64,000 bases of DNA from Escherichia coli (GCF_003334315.1 NZ_QOWR01000010.1); one strand, 5' to 3'. Numbered from the stretch's first letter, positions 11,720 to 23,411 are shown. Made by a program: numbers and translations. The notes: generated by a model not told the origin, from the sequence alone.

Positions 11720-13135
11720 TTATTCGTCGTCGTACTGCGGCCCCGCATAGTTGTCGAAGCGCGACCATTGACCGTTAAAGGTCAGGCGTACCGTCCCGAT
11801 TGGGCCGTTACGTTGTTTACCGATAATAATTTCCGCGATGCCTTTTAAATCACTGTTTTCGTGATACACCTCATCACGATAGATAAACATGATCAAGTCC
11901 GCATCCTGCTCGATAGAGCCAGATTCACGCAGGTCGGAGTTGACCGGGCGTTTGTCGGCACGTTGTTCCAGAGAACGGTTCAACTGGGACAGCGCCACCA
12001 CCGGCACGTTCAGTTCTTTCGCCAGTGCTTTCAGCGAGCGAGAGATTTCTGCAATTTCCAGCGTACGGTTATCGGAAAGCGCCGGTACGCGCATCAGTTG
12101 CAGGTAGTCGATCATGATAAGCCCGATGCCGCCGTGTTCACGGGCAATACGGCGTGCGCGGGAACGCACTTCCGTTGGCGTCAGGCCGGAGGAGTCATCG
12201 ATATAGATATTGCGTTTTTCGAGCAAAATACCCATGGTGCCGGAAATGCGCGCCCAGTCTTCATCATCGAGCTGCCCGGTACGGATTTTAGTCTGGTCAA
12301 CGCGCGACAGCGACGCCAGAGAACGCATCATAATCTGTTCTGAAGGCATCTCCAGCGAGAAGATAAGTACTGGTTTATCCTGCAACATCGCCGCGTTTTC
12401 GACGAGGTTCATCGCAAATGTTGTTTTACCCATCGACGGACGCGCGGCGACGATGATCAAATCCGACGGCTGCAAGCCAGCGGTTTTTTTGTTGAGATCG
12501 TCATAACCGGTGTTTACTCCGGTAACGCCATCGTGTGGCTGCTGAAACAACTGCTCAATACGCGCCACGGTTGCGTCGAGCACATCGGCGATGTTCTTCG
12601 GCCCTTCGTCTTTGTTTGCACGACTTTCGGCAATTTTAAAGACGCGGGATTCAGCAAGGTCCAGCAGATCTTCGCTGGTACGCCCCTGCGGATCAAAACC
12701 GGCTTCAGCAATCTCATTCGCAACCGAGATCATCTCACGGACAACGGCACGTTCACGCACGATGTCAGCATAAGCACTGATGTTCGCCGCACTTGGCGTA
12801 TTTTTTGACAGCTCTGCCAGATAAGCAAAACCACCGACGCTATCGAGTTGCCCCTGGCGTTCCAGCGATTCCGCAAGAGTAATTAGATCGATAGGGCTAC
12901 CGCTTTCCTGCAAACGCGCCATTTCAGTAAAGATATGACGGTGTGGGCGGGTGTAAAAATCGTCTGCTACCACACGCTCGGCTACATCATCCCAGCGTTC
13001 GTTATCTAGCATTAAACCGCCCAACACCGACTGCTCCGCTTCGATCGAGTGCGGAGGCACTTTCAGCCCGGCAACTTGTGGATCGCGTTCGCGGGGTTCA
13101 GCCTGCTGTTTGTTGAAGGGTTTATTTCCTGCCAT
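11720..13135 (-). CDS. dnaB: replicative DNA helicase DnaB (471 aa)
   Basis: ORF track; Walker A ARPSMGKTTFA; sequence recognised. Confidence 0.97.
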   Translation of the reverse strand: MAGNKPFNKQQAEPRERDPQVAGLKVPPHSIEAEQSVLGGLMLDNERWDDVAERVVADDFYTRPHRHIFTEMARLQESGSPIDLITLAESLERQGQLDSVGGFAYLAELSKNTPSAANISAYADIVRERAVVREMISVANEIAEAGFDPQGRTSEDLLDLAESRVFKIAESRANKDEGPKNIADVLDATVARIEQLFQQPHDGVTGVNTGYDDLNKKTAGLQPSDLIIVAARPSMGKTTFAMNLVENAAMLQDKPVLIFSLEMPSEQIMMRSLASLSRVDQTKIRTGQLDDEDWARISGTMGILLEKRNIYIDDSSGLTPTEVRSRARRIAREHGGIGLIMIDYLQLMRVPALSDNRTLEIAEISRSLKALAKELNVPVVALSQLNRSLEQRADKRPVNSDLRESGSIEQDADLIMFIYRDEVYHENSDLKGIAEIIIGKQRNGPIGTVRLTFNGQWSRFDNYAGPQYDDE

Positions 13136-13217
13136 AGTGAATGGAGTTACCGAGATAAAGAATGGGTCGAAACTTTACCATATGAAGCAGACCCTGACGA
13201 TACGTTCTGGAGGACAC

Positions 13218-14201
13218 ATGGCAACACGAATTGAATTTCACAAGCACGGTGGCCCGGAAGTACTTCAAGCCGTAGAGTTCACTCCTGCCGATCCGGCGGA
13301 GAATGAAATCCAGGTCGAAAATAAAGCCATCGGCATCAATTTTATCGACACATATATCCGCAGCGGCCTTTACCCGCCGCCATCGCTACCCAGCGGATTA
13401 GGCACCGAAGCAGCAGGCATCGTGAGTAAAGTCGGCAGTGGTGTAAAGCATATTAAGGCAGGCGATCGTGTAGTCTATGCGCAGTCGGCGTTAGGCGCTT
13501 ACAGCTCTGTGCATAACATTATTGCGGATAAAGCGGCGATTCTGCCTGCGGCAATTTCTTTTGAGCAAGCTGCGGCATCCTTCCTGAAAGGCTTAACGGT
13601 TTATTATCTGCTGCGCAAAACCTATGAAATTAAACCCGATGAGCAGTTCCTGTTCCACGCAGCAGCTGGCGGCGTTGGCTTGATTGCCTGCCAGTGGGCA
13701 AAAGCCCTGGGCGCGAAACTTATCGGCACCGTAGGAACCGCGCAAAAAGCGCAGAGCGCGCTAAAAGCGGGCGCGTGGCAGGTTATTAACTATCGTGAAG
13801 AGAATCTGGTCGAGCGGTTAAAAGAGATCACCGGCGGTAAGAAAGTGCGCGTGGTGTACGATTCCGTGGGCAGAGACACCTGGGAACGGTCGCTGGATTG
13901 CCTGCAACGCCGCGGCTTAATGGTCAGTTTTGGCAACTCATCAGGTGCGGTTACCGGTGTGAACTTAGGCATTCTCAATCAGAAAGGCTCGTTGTATGTG
14001 ACACGCCCTTCCCTGCAAGGCTATATCACCACGCGGGAGGAATTAACCGAGGCCAGTAATGAACTGTTCTCTTTGATTGCCAGCGGTGTGATTAAGGTCG
14101 ATGTCGCCGAGCAGCAGAAATATCCGCTGAAGGATGCGCAGCGTGCGCATGAAATTCTGGAAAGCCGGGCAACGCAAGGTTCCAGCCTGTTGATTCCATA
14201 A
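13218..14201 (+). CDS. qor: NADPH:quinone oxidoreductase Qor (327 aa)
   Basis: ORF track 13110..14201 is over-extended; ATG at 13218 gives MATRIEFHKHGGPEVLQ...; MDR/zeta-crystallin-like fold. Confidence 0.93.
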   Translation: MATRIEFHKHGGPEVLQAVEFTPADPAENEIQVENKAIGINFIDTYIRSGLYPPPSLPSGLGTEAAGIVSKVGSGVKHIKAGDRVVYAQSALGAYSSVHNIIADKAAILPAAISFEQAAASFLKGLTVYYLLRKTYEIKPDEQFLFHAAAGGVGLIACQWAKALGAKLIGTVGTAQKAQSALKAGAWQVINYREENLVERLKEITGGKKVRVVYDSVGRDTWERSLDCLQRRGLMVSFGNSSGAVTGVNLGILNQKGSLYVTRPSLQGYITTREELTEASNELFSLIASGVIKVDVAEQQKYPLKDAQRAHEILESRATQGSSLLIP

Positions 14202-14209
14202 AAGAAATA

Positions 14210-14240
14210 GGGCTTCCACCTGGGAAGCCCTTTCTTTTTA
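14210..14240 (+). terminator. rho-independent terminator after qor (gggcttcc-acct-gggaagccc then tttcttttt)
   Basis: Hairpin plus T-run directly after the qor stop; convergent with pspG. Confidence 0.75.
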
Positions 14241-14366
14241 TAGTTCGGCTGTATGTAGGGTACAGCACGATGAATCTGTTAGAGGCGCAATAGTGACAGA
14301 TTTGATTATCAATTCCTATTTTGTTCTAAGGATAAAACCTTAGGTTGTGATCATCCGCACAATCCC

Positions 14367-14609
14367 TTAGTAACGCCAGCGGTCATAACGCTGATATTTC
14401 GGCACTTTTGGTGCTTTAATCGCCTTAATAACCCACACCACCGCAATCGCCAGTAGTAACCACGGCAGCAACTTAATCATCAATGCCAGCATACCGCCGA
14501 GGAACATAATGGCCGTCGCCACAACCAGCGCGGCGATAATGCCCAGCAACGAAACGCCGGTGACCATCAACATGACAAAAAAGCCAATCACAAAAAGTAG
14601 TTCCAGCAT
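14367..14609 (-). CDS. pspG: phage-shock protein G, PspG (80 aa, membrane)
   Basis: ORF track 14367..14819 is over-extended; ATG at 14609 with RBS GGGAGAG gives MLELLFVIGFFVMLMVTG... Confidence 0.85.
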   Translation of the reverse strand: MLELLFVIGFFVMLMVTGVSLLGIIAALVVATAIMFLGGMLALMIKLLPWLLLAIAVVWVIKAIKAPKVPKYQRYDRWRY

Positions 14610-14640
14610 GATGCTCTCCCAAATATGAAATCTCTTGCAG

Positions 14641-14660
14641 GCATTACAAGAATCATGCCA
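14641..14660 (-). promoter_or_regulatory. sigma54-type promoter upstream of pspG (TGGCAT-N5-TTGTA on the minus strand)
   Basis: GG/-24 and -12 elements with correct spacing about 30 bp upstream of the pspG start; pspG is a known PspF/sigma54 target. Confidence 0.6.
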
Positions 14661-14742
14661 AAAATAATCTATTGATTTAACAGCAAAACGCCCCGCGACG
14701 GTGCGCAGGGCGTGGTGAATTTGACTACTTTTTGGTGAAAAG

Positions 14743-15786
14743 TTAACGCTTATCCGCCACCAGTTTGAGCGCGTGTTCCAGCACGTTAATGTCAGCACCC
14801 GCTTTATGGGCATTTTCACTTAAATAACGCCGCCACTGCCGCGCGCCAGGAATACCCTGGAACAAGCCCAGCATATGCCGGGTAATATGGCCGAGATACG
14901 TCCCCTGGCTGAGTTCACGCTCAATGTACGGATACATGGCGCGCACTACCGCCACCGGATCGGCATCGGTATCCGAGGAACCAAAGATCTCCCGGTCTAC
15001 CGCCGCCAGAATACCCGGATTCTGATACGCCTCGCGCCCGACCATCACGCCATCCATATGTTGCAAATGCGCTTTAGCTTCTTCCAGCGACTTGATGCCA
15101 CCGTTAATCGACATCGTCAGATGCGGAAAGTCACGCTTCAGTTGATACACACGCGGATAATCGAGCGGCGGGATTTCACGGTTTTCTTTCGGGCTTAACC
15201 CCGAAAGCCAGGCTTTACGTGCGTGGATGATGAACATCTCACACTCGCCTTTGCCGGAAACGGTGTTGATGAAATTGCAGAGAAATTCATAGCTGTCCTG
15301 GTCATCGATGCCAATACGCGTTTTCACCGTCACCGGAATCGACACCACATCGCGCATCGCTTTCACGCAGTCGGCAACCAGCTGCGCATTACCCATCAGA
15401 CACGCACCAAACATGCCGTTCTGCACCCGGTCAGACGGGCAGCCGACATTCAGGTTGATCTCATCATATCCGCGCGCTTCTGCCAGCTTCGCACACTGCG
15501 CCAGCGCCGCCGGATCGCTACCGCCGAGTTGCAACGCTACCGGATGTTCTTCTTCACTGTACGCCAGGTAATCACCTTTACCGTGAATAATCGCCCCTGT
15601 GGTCACCATTTCGGTATACAGCAGCGTATTGCGGGAAAGCAGACGCAAGAAATAGCGGCAATGTCTGTCCGTCCAGTCGAGCATTGGTGCAACGCTAAAC
15701 CGACCACTCCAGTGAACGTCAGTTTTTTCAGGCATTGCGCTGGTTTGGTTGATTTTTTGCATTTCAGAATTACCGTGCATTTTCAA
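14743..15786 (-). CDS. dusA: tRNA-dihydrouridine synthase A, DusA
   Basis: ORF track (347 aa); TIM-barrel Dus family; exact start may be 2 codons downstream. Confidence 0.9.
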   Translation of the reverse strand: MKMHGNSEMQKINQTSAMPEKTDVHWSGRFSVAPMLDWTDRHCRYFLRLLSRNTLLYTEMVTTGAIIHGKGDYLAYSEEEHPVALQLGGSDPAALAQCAKLAEARGYDEINLNVGCPSDRVQNGMFGACLMGNAQLVADCVKAMRDVVSIPVTVKTRIGIDDQDSYEFLCNFINTVSGKGECEMFIIHARKAWLSGLSPKENREIPPLDYPRVYQLKRDFPHLTMSINGGIKSLEEAKAHLQHMDGVMVGREAYQNPGILAAVDREIFGSSDTDADPVAVVRAMYPYIERELSQGTYLGHITRHMLGLFQGIPGARQWRRYLSENAHKAGADINVLEHALKLVADKR

Positions 15787-16067
15787 ATGTAGAGATTATT
15801 TTATCGATATATCATGGAGTTATGTTATTCAGCATCACTGTTCAGGAGGCTCAATAACGGGGTACTATACCATAACAACAGGAAGCGCCTGTCTCATTGC
15901 AAAAGAAAAATGAGATCCTCTCAAGGCATGAAGCTCTCACGAAGTGAAGATCTAATCTTATTAGATGTTAGCGTTGTGAAAAGCAATGATAAACAATACA
16001 GATTCGACGATAAATAAAAATCACACATTAAACTCCGGTGATATCTCTCCCTGCTAATAGCACTGAT

Positions 16068-16100
16068 AGAGAAAAAAGAACCCAATAAGCATTGGGTTCT
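16068..16100 (-). terminator. rho-independent terminator downstream of the yjbL/yjbM ORF (agaacccaat-gctt-attgggttct then T6 on the minus strand)
   Basis: 10-bp stem and T-run read from the sequence. Confidence 0.7.
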
Positions 16101-16140
16101 TTTATGTAATACCTTTCATACCATCGAAGAACTTCACATA

Positions 16141-17133
16141 TTATTTCTCCGATTTAACCCCGAATAAATCATAAATTAATTTAGAAGTACCTGTATATAT
16201 TTTAATCTTTTTCTTTGAGTTTGGGTCAAACGACTTAGCAAAGTCAATTAATTTCGGTGCAGCATCTCGCATTTTGCTTAAAATATCAGGGGCGAGCGTT
16301 CCTTCATTCACCAGATGTGACATCTTATCCAGATAGCCATCAAAATTCATTTCTCCCCCATCTGCCAGACGCTTCATTTCTCCCAGGTACTTCTTCATAT
16401 CACGTTGAGATAACTCTTCAAACTGAGCTGTCAGATAGTTCCCATTATGATCATTAATATTCACTTTTTCTGCTCCTGCTAAATCTGTGTAGGCACTAGA
16501 GTATGAAAGTGAAATCAACAGCGAAGCGAATAATTTTAAGCTGTTGTCATCATATTTCTGACATGCATTAACAAACGTTAAAAAACCAGAACCTATTGCT
16601 TGCAAATGTATATTCGCTAAAGGTTCATTATCTTTAGATTCCTCATAAAATAGCTGAACCGTGGAGGGAAGGCCATTCTTGGTTTCTACATCAAAAGTAT
16701 ATCGTTCTATGGGCGTTGCATCTTTATTACCCTCAGTATTACATATACTATTAACCGCGAAATGAAAAATAGCCCGGTCAACAACTGATGCAATAAAGTC
16801 ACGATCGTTTAATTCCTCATCAGTGCAATCTGCAATATACTTATTAACCCACTCTTTGAGATTAGTTATTTGCTCAATTAAAAACACATTTTTTTTACGT
16901 GCATGCCATAAATTATGAGTGATTCTTTGAATAAACAAATCTATTTTTGCAATAATTATATCCCGATGACGCAGCGCTGCATAATCAATAGATTTACCAT
17001 ATATATTATTTAATTTACCTTTGATTGAACCTCTATTATCTAATTTATCTTTGATTGCATCTTCATTATCGAATTGATTTGAATTGAGTGTTTTATTAAA
17101 GTATCCAGTTGCACCGGGTATTATCTTCAACAT
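16141..17133 (-). CDS. yjbM: uncharacterized AT-rich protein; one continuous 330-codon ORF spanning the locus that I remember K-12 annotating as two genes, yjbL and yjbM
   Basis: ORF track 16141..17133; assignment by synteny (between zur and dusA), not by sequence memory; contains an A8 tract at codons 80-82. Confidence 0.6.
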   Translation of the reverse strand: MLKIIPGATGYFNKTLNSNQFDNEDAIKDKLDNRGSIKGKLNNIYGKSIDYAALRHRDIIIAKIDLFIQRITHNLWHARKKNVFLIEQITNLKEWVNKYIADCTDEELNDRDFIASVVDRAIFHFAVNSICNTEGNKDATPIERYTFDVETKNGLPSTVQLFYEESKDNEPLANIHLQAIGSGFLTFVNACQKYDDNSLKLFASLLISLSYSSAYTDLAGAEKVNINDHNGNYLTAQFEELSQRDMKKYLGEMKRLADGGEMNFDGYLDKMSHLVNEGTLAPDILSKMRDAAPKLIDFAKSFDPNSKKKIKIYTGTSKLIYDLFGVKSEK

Positions 17134-17450
17134 GATTCATCTACCTTTTTTGTCGTACCGTGTCCTCCTTATAATTCTTTTGCCATCTGGTCACTATCAA
17201 AAATCGCTCATAATTTCTGAACTACAGGTATGCGTTTAAACCCAGTTAAATAAATAGCGAGTTAACTTGAAGCAATTTATTTAAAAATGAATTATTAATT
17301 ATTATCGTGTTGATAATGGTACGACAAGGCAACATAACACCTTACCTACAAAACAGAAAATCAACATTACGGCAACAATAAGGGTTCTCGGTGTTTTTCC
17401 TGGAACATGGTAAAGTAAGGACATTCTTAACCCCCACTTTGAGGTGCCCG

Positions 17451-17966
17451 ATGGAAAAGACCACAACGCAGGAGTTATTAGCGCAGGCTGAAAAAATCTG
17501 CGCGCAGCGTAATGTGCGCCTGACCCCACAGCGCCTGGAAGTGTTGCGCCTGATGAGTCTGCAGGATGGCGCTATCAGCGCTTATGATCTGCTTGATTTA
17601 CTGCGCGAAGCTGAACCGCAAGCCAAGCCGCCAACGGTTTATCGCGCGCTGGATTTTCTGCTTGAGCAAGGTTTTGTGCATAAGGTGGAATCCACCAACA
17701 GTTATGTGCTCTGTCATCTGTTCGATCAGCCCACCCATACGTCAGCCATGTTTATTTGCGATCGCTGCGGCGCAGTGAAAGAAGAGTGTGCAGAAGGCGT
17801 GGAAGACATTATGCATACGCTGGCGGCAAAAATGGGGTTTGCCCTGCGGCATAATGTGATTGAAGCACATGGGCTCTGTGCGGCATGTGTAGAAGTGGAA
17901 GCGTGTCGTCATCCTGAACAGTGCCAGCATGATCACTCTGTGCAGGTGAAAAAGAAACCGCGTTAA
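17451..17966 (+). CDS. zur: zinc uptake regulator Zur (Fur family, 171 aa)
   Basis: ORF track 17391..17966; ATG at 17451 gives MEKTTTQELLAQAEKICAQRNVRLTPQRLEVL... Confidence 0.93.
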   Translation: MEKTTTQELLAQAEKICAQRNVRLTPQRLEVLRLMSLQDGAISAYDLLDLLREAEPQAKPPTVYRALDFLLEQGFVHKVESTNSYVLCHLFDQPTHTSAMFICDRCGAVKEECAEGVEDIMHTLAAKMGFALRHNVIEAHGLCAACVEVEACRHPEQCQHDHSVQVKKKPR

Positions 17967-18007
17967 GAGGGCGTACATCCTTGTACACGTCGGGCAGGAG
18001 GGATTAA

Positions 18008-18217
18008 TTACCAGCGATATTCATTGCGGGTTTCCCAATCCACGACCTCTTTTTCTGCCTGATCTTTCTGATAACCATAACGTTCCTGGATTTTACCGAC
18101 CAGTTGATCACGTTTACCTTCAATGATCGTCATATCATCATCGGTCAGTTTGCCCCATTGCTCTTTCACTTTACCTTTAAACTGTTTCCAGTTACCGCCG
18201 GCTTCATCTTTATTCAT
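18008..18217 (-). CDS. yjbJ: stress-induced protein YjbJ (CsbD-like, 69 aa)
   Basis: ORF track; sequence MNKDEAGGNWKQFKGKVKEQWGKL recognised. Confidence 0.85.
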   Translation of the reverse strand: MNKDEAGGNWKQFKGKVKEQWGKLTDDDMTIIEGKRDQLVGKIQERYGYQKDQAEKEVVDWETRNEYRW

Positions 18218-18332
18218 AATCAAGACCTCATCGTTAGGTTGTGAATGAGAGTACGTTCACTTTTCTTCTGAACGTGAGATTAAGTGTAGTCAGCAATTTG
18301 GCTTAGGATTATTTATTCAGAATTTTTAACCG

Positions 18333-19712
18333 TCACGTTGCGGCAAACCAGGTACCATTGCGCCAGTGACGCCGCCAGATAGCCGCCAGAGAAAGCCCGC
18401 GCAACGCCAGAAAGACGGTTAATGCCAGCCACAAAGCATGATTACCCAGCCACGGCAGCGTAAGGAGCGTCAGCGCAAAACCTGCGGCGGCCACCGCCAT
18501 ACTGTTACGCATTTCGGTGGCACGCGTTGCGCCTATAAACATGCCGTCCAGCAGATAACACCAGACGCCAACCACCGGCAAAATCACCTGCCAGATAAGA
18601 TAGCGGTCAGCCAGCTGCTGAATCTGGGTTAACGACGTCAGTAACGCAATGATGTGTTCCCCAGCCAGCAAATAAACCACCGAAAACAGTAACGCTACGA
18701 TCCCCGACTGGCGGCACGCTGCCCGCCAGACATCCAGCAACTGGCTACCGTCGCGCGCACCGTATGCCTGACCGGAGTGCGCTTCAACCGCGTAGGCAAA
18801 ACCATCCAGCGCATAGGCGGTAAAGGTGAGTAGCGTCATCAGAACCGCGTTAACAGCGATAATGTCACTCCCCAGTCGCGCGCCAAGTACGGTGATCGCG
18901 CCGAAACAGAGTTGCAACAACAGCGAACGCAGCATGATATCGCGGTTAAGCGCCAGCAAGCGACGGAAGTTTCCTCGCCAGGCAGTTTTCAGCATTTCGC
19001 CGGAAATTCCGCGTAGTTTGAGGATTTTACGCACCATTAGCAGACCAATCAGCAATGTTGCATATTCCGCAATAACCGTCGCCAGCGCCGCGCCCTGCAC
19101 GTTCATATGCAGCCCCATCACCAGCCAGACATCCAGCACAATGTTGAGGATATTGCCGACCACTAACAAAATTACTGGCGCACGGGCATATTGCACGCCG
19201 AGTAACCAACCGAGTAATACCAGATTCGCCAGCGACGCCGGTGCGCTTAACCAGCGGATTTCAAGAAAGCGCCGCGCCTGTTCCAGGACTGCCTCACTAC
19301 CGCCAACAATATGCAGCGCCAGATCGATAATCGGCGTACGCAGCAGCGCAATTAACGCCCCAGCCCCCAACGCCAACAGCAACGGTTGCACCAGCGCACG
19401 GGCTAATGCCTGAGGATTTTTGGCACCATAAGCCTGCGCAGTCAGCCCGGTGGTGCTCATGCGTAAAAACAGCAACAGCATAAAGAGAAAGCTGGTCGCC
19501 GTTGCACCAACCGCCACGCCGCCCAAATAAACCGGGCTATCAAGATGACCAATTACCGCCGTATCGACCAGTCCCAGCAACGGAACGGTGATATTGGAGA
19601 AAATCATGGGTAAGGCGAGATGCCAGAGTGCTTTATCAGATGAAGTGAGGAATGCCATGCAGACAAGCCTGATGAAGAGAGATGAAAAACAAACCGCGAC
19701 GCCAGGCGGCAT
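18333..19712 (-). CDS. dinF: DNA-damage-inducible MATE-family transporter DinF
   Basis: ORF track (459 aa); polytopic membrane protein; 18 bp downstream of lexA in the same operon. Confidence 0.9.
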   Translation of the reverse strand: MPPGVAVCFSSLFIRLVCMAFLTSSDKALWHLALPMIFSNITVPLLGLVDTAVIGHLDSPVYLGGVAVGATATSFLFMLLLFLRMSTTGLTAQAYGAKNPQALARALVQPLLLALGAGALIALLRTPIIDLALHIVGGSEAVLEQARRFLEIRWLSAPASLANLVLLGWLLGVQYARAPVILLVVGNILNIVLDVWLVMGLHMNVQGAALATVIAEYATLLIGLLMVRKILKLRGISGEMLKTAWRGNFRRLLALNRDIMLRSLLLQLCFGAITVLGARLGSDIIAVNAVLMTLLTFTAYALDGFAYAVEAHSGQAYGARDGSQLLDVWRAACRQSGIVALLFSVVYLLAGEHIIALLTSLTQIQQLADRYLIWQVILPVVGVWCYLLDGMFIGATRATEMRNSMAVAAAGFALTLLTLPWLGNHALWLALTVFLALRGLSLAAIWRRHWRNGTWFAAT

Positions 19713-19730
19713 CGCGGTCTCAGAGATATG

Positions 19731-20339
19731 TTACAGCCAGTCGCCGTTGCGAATAACCCCAACCGCCAGCCCTTCAATGGTGAAGCTCTGCTGACGAAGG
19801 TCAACGACAATTGGTTTAAACTCGCTATTTTCTGGCAACAGTTCGACTTTATTGCCCTGTTTTTTCAGGCGCTTAACGGTAACTTCGTCATCAATACGTG
19901 CGACAACGACCTGACCGTTACGTACATCCTGAGTTTTATGCACTGCCAGCAAGTCGCCATCCATAATGCCGATATCTTTCATCGACATCCCGCTGACGCG
20001 CAGCAGGAAATCAGCATTCGGCTTGAACAAGGAAGGATCGACCTGATAATGACCTTCAATATGCTGTTGCGCCAGAAGCGGTTCACCGGCAGCCACACGA
20101 CCTACCAGCGGCAACCCTTCTTCCTCTTCCTGCAACAGACGAATCCCGCGTGATGCGCCGGAAACAATTTCAATAACGCCTTTGCGTGCCAGCGCCTTCA
20201 GATGTTCTTCAGCCGCGTTTGGGGAACGGAACCCCAAACGCTGCGCGATTTCCGCACGCGTCGGCGGCATACCTGTCTGGCTGATGTGATCACGGATGAG
20301 ATCAAACACCTCTTGTTGCCTGGCCGTTAACGCTTTCAT
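19731..20339 (-). CDS. lexA: LexA repressor of the SOS regulon (202 aa)
   Basis: ORF track; sequence recognised including the Ala-Gly autocleavage region (VAAGEPLL) and the S24 peptidase domain. Confidence 0.97.
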   Translation of the reverse strand: MKALTARQQEVFDLIRDHISQTGMPPTRAEIAQRLGFRSPNAAEEHLKALARKGVIEIVSGASRGIRLLQEEEEGLPLVGRVAAGEPLLAQQHIEGHYQVDPSLFKPNADFLLRVSGMSMKDIGIMDGDLLAVHKTQDVRNGQVVVARIDDEVTVKRLKKQGNKVELLPENSEFKPIVVDLRQQSFTIEGLAVGVIRNGDWL

Positions 20340-20347
20340 TCCGCCCC

Positions 20348-20384
20348 CTGGGTGTATATACAGTTATGCTGTGAGTATATACAG
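20348..20384 (-). promoter_or_regulatory. two tandem LexA operators in the lexA promoter (CTGTATATACTCACAG and CTGTATATACACCCAG on the minus strand)
   Basis: Both SOS boxes read directly from the sequence just upstream of the lexA start. Confidence 0.9.
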
Positions 20385-20448
20385 CAAAAGGCGATTTTGG
20401 AACCATAAACTGCACAATAAACCAGAGATTTATCGAAATCTGGAAGGG

Positions 20449-20817
20449 TTATCCAAAATGCGACCATAACAGGATGCACCAGGTTATCACGGCGACGATA
20501 ATCGCAATCAGCACCGCGGCGGATCCCATATCTTTAGCGCGTCCGGAAAGCTCATGGTATTCAGAGCCAATTCGGTCAACCACTGCTTCGATGGCGCTAT
20601 TGAGGATTTCCACAATCATCACCAGCATCACGGAGCTGATAAGCAGCACGCGGGTAATTGCGTCCACATCCAGCCAGCAGGCGATGACCACCGCCAACAA
20701 TACCGCTACGCCTTCCTGACGGAATGCCGCTTCGTTGATCCATGCAGCGCGTAAACCTTTCCAGGAATAGCCAGCAGCTTTGATAATTCGGGTGAATCCA
20801 GTGGTATTATTGGCCAT
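20449..20817 (-). CDS. dgkA: diacylglycerol kinase DgkA (122 aa)
   Basis: ORF track; sequence MANNTTGFTRIIKAAGYSWKGLRAAW recognised. Confidence 0.93.
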   Translation of the reverse strand: MANNTTGFTRIIKAAGYSWKGLRAAWINEAAFRQEGVAVLLAVVIACWLDVDAITRVLLISSVMLVMIVEILNSAIEAVVDRIGSEYHELSGRAKDMGSAAVLIAIIVAVITWCILLWSHFG

Positions 20818-20987
20818 TGAAAGAACCTTTTTACATTATGAGCGTCAATATCAGTGTACCGTTAAATCCGATGATTCGGGTTTGCGTAACGCCGCGCGAA
20901 ACATGAGCGGATACCACAGAATTTCCCATGACTTTCTGCTATCCTTGCCGCGCATTTGCATTATTAACCAGAGGCTTTACATCGTTT

Positions 20988-23411
20988 ATGTCCGGCTGGC
21001 CACGAATTTACTACAAATTACTGAATTTACCATTAAGCATCCTGGTAAAAAGCAAGTCTATTCCGGCAGATCCTGCCCCGGAACTGGGGCTGGATACCTC
21101 TCGTCCAATTATGTACGTTTTACCGTACAACTCGAAAGCAGATTTGCTGACGTTACGCGCCCAGTGTCTGGCTCATGACTTGCCTGACCCGTTAGAGCCG
21201 CTGGAAATCGACGGCACGCTACTGCCGCGCTATGTGTTCATTCACGGCGGGCCGCGTGTATTCACCTATTACACGCCGAAAGAAGAGTCTATTAAGCTGT
21301 TCCACGACTATCTCGATTTGCACCGTAGCAACCCAAATCTGGATGTGCAGATGGTGCCAGTATCGGTGATGTTTGGTCGCGCGCCGGGGCGTGAAAAAGG
21401 CGAAGTAAACCCGCCGCTGCGTATGCTTAACGGCGTACAGAAATTTTTCGCCGTACTGTGGCTCGGTCGCGACAGTTTTGTGCGTTTCTCGCCGTCAGTT
21501 TCGCTGCGCCGTATGGCGGATGAACACGGCACGGATAAAACTATCGCACAGAAACTGGCGCGCGTGGCGCGTATGCACTTTGCCCGTCAACGTCTGGCTG
21601 CTGTGGGCCCACGTCTGCCTGCTCGTCAGGATCTGTTTAATAAGCTGCTCGCCTCCCGCGCCATTGCCAAAGCGGTAGAAGATGAAGCGCGCAGCAAAAA
21701 AATCTCCCATGAAAAAGCGCAGCAGAACGCGATTGCGCTGATGGAAGAGATTGCGGCGAATTTCTCTTACGAGATGATTCGCCTGACTGACCGTATTCTG
21801 GGCTTCACCTGGAACCGCCTTTACCAGGGCATCAACGTCCATAACGCCGAGCGCGTTCGCCAGCTGGCCCACGACGGTCATGAGCTGGTATATGTGCCTT
21901 GCCACCGCAGCCACATGGACTACCTGCTGCTTTCTTACGTGCTGTATCACCAGGGGCTGGTGCCGCCGCATATCGCCGCTGGGATCAACCTGAACTTCTG
22001 GCCGGCCGGGCCGATTTTCCGCCGTCTGGGGGCGTTCTTTATTCGCCGTACTTTTAAAGGCAATAAACTTTATTCCACCGTTTTCCGTGAGTATCTCGGC
22101 GAACTGTTCAGCCGTGGTTATTCCGTCGAGTACTTCGTGGAAGGCGGTCGTTCCCGCACGGGGCGTTTGCTGGATCCGAAAACCGGTACGCTGTCGATGA
22201 CCATTCAGGCGATGCTGCGTGGCGGCACGCGTCCGATTACGCTGATTCCGATCTACATCGGTTATGAGCACGTCATGGAAGTGGGTACTTACGCCAAAGA
22301 ACTGCGCGGCGCGACGAAAGAGAAAGAGAGCCTGCCGCAGATGCTGCGCGGTTTAAGCAAGCTGCGTAATCTCGGTCAGGGTTACGTCAACTTCGGTGAA
22401 CCAATGCCGTTGATGACCTACCTTAACCAGCACGTACCAGACTGGCGTGAATCTATCGATCCCATCGAAGCGGTGCGTCCGGCATGGTTAACGCCGACGG
22501 TCAATAATATTGCTGCCGATCTGATGGTACGCATTAACAACGCAGGCGCGGCAAACGCCATGAACCTGTGCTGTACTGCGCTACTGGCGTCACGTCAGCG
22601 CTCACTCACCCGCGAGCAGTTAACCGAGCAACTCAACTGCTACCTGGATCTGATGCGCAACGTACCTTACTCCACGGACTCTACCGTTCCTTCAGCCAGC
22701 GCCAGCGAGCTTATCGATCACGCGCTGCAAATGAACAAGTTTGAAGTCGAGAAAGACACTATCGGCGACATCATCATTCTGCCGCGCGAGCAAGCGGTGT
22801 TGATGACCTACTATCGCAACAACATTGCGCATATGTTGGTGCTGCCTTCGCTGATGGCGGCAATTGTCACCCAGCATCGCCACATCTCCCGCGACGTATT
22901 GATGGAGCACGTCAATGTGCTTTACCCAATGCTGAAAGCGGAGCTGTTCCTGCGCTGGGATCGCGACGAGTTGCCGGACGTTATTGATGCGCTGGCAAAT
23001 GAGATGCAACGTCAGGGGCTGATTACCCTGCAAGATGATGAGTTGCATATCAACCCGGCGCATTCTCGCACGCTACAGCTGCTGGCCGCAGGCGCGCGCG
23101 AAACGCTGCAACGTTATGCCATCACCTTCTGGTTGTTGAGTGCCAACCCGTCGATCAACCGCGGTACGCTGGAGAAAGAGAGCCGCACCGTCGCGCAACG
23201 TCTCTCCGTGCTGCACGGCATCAACGCGCCGGAGTTCTTCGACAAGGCGGTGTTCAGTTCTCTGGTGCTGACACTGCGTGATGAAGGGTATATCAGCGAT
23301 AGCGGCGATGCCGAACCGGCAGAAACGATGAAGGTTTATCAGTTGCTGGCGGAGTTGATTACATCAGACGTGCGTTTGACGATTGAGAGTGCGACGCAGG
23401 GCGAAGGGTAA
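20988..23411 (+). CDS. plsB: glycerol-3-phosphate acyltransferase PlsB (807 aa)
   Basis: ORF track 20928..23411 is over-extended; ATG at 20988 ([13 protein letters not shown]); HX4D acyltransferase motif in [13 protein letters not shown]. Confidence 0.95.

Noticed and set aside
15814-16017. 67-codon plus-strand ORF between dusA and the yjbL/M terminator
   Set aside because: Lies in the dusA promoter region, no convincing RBS, low-complexity basic product; likely spurious.
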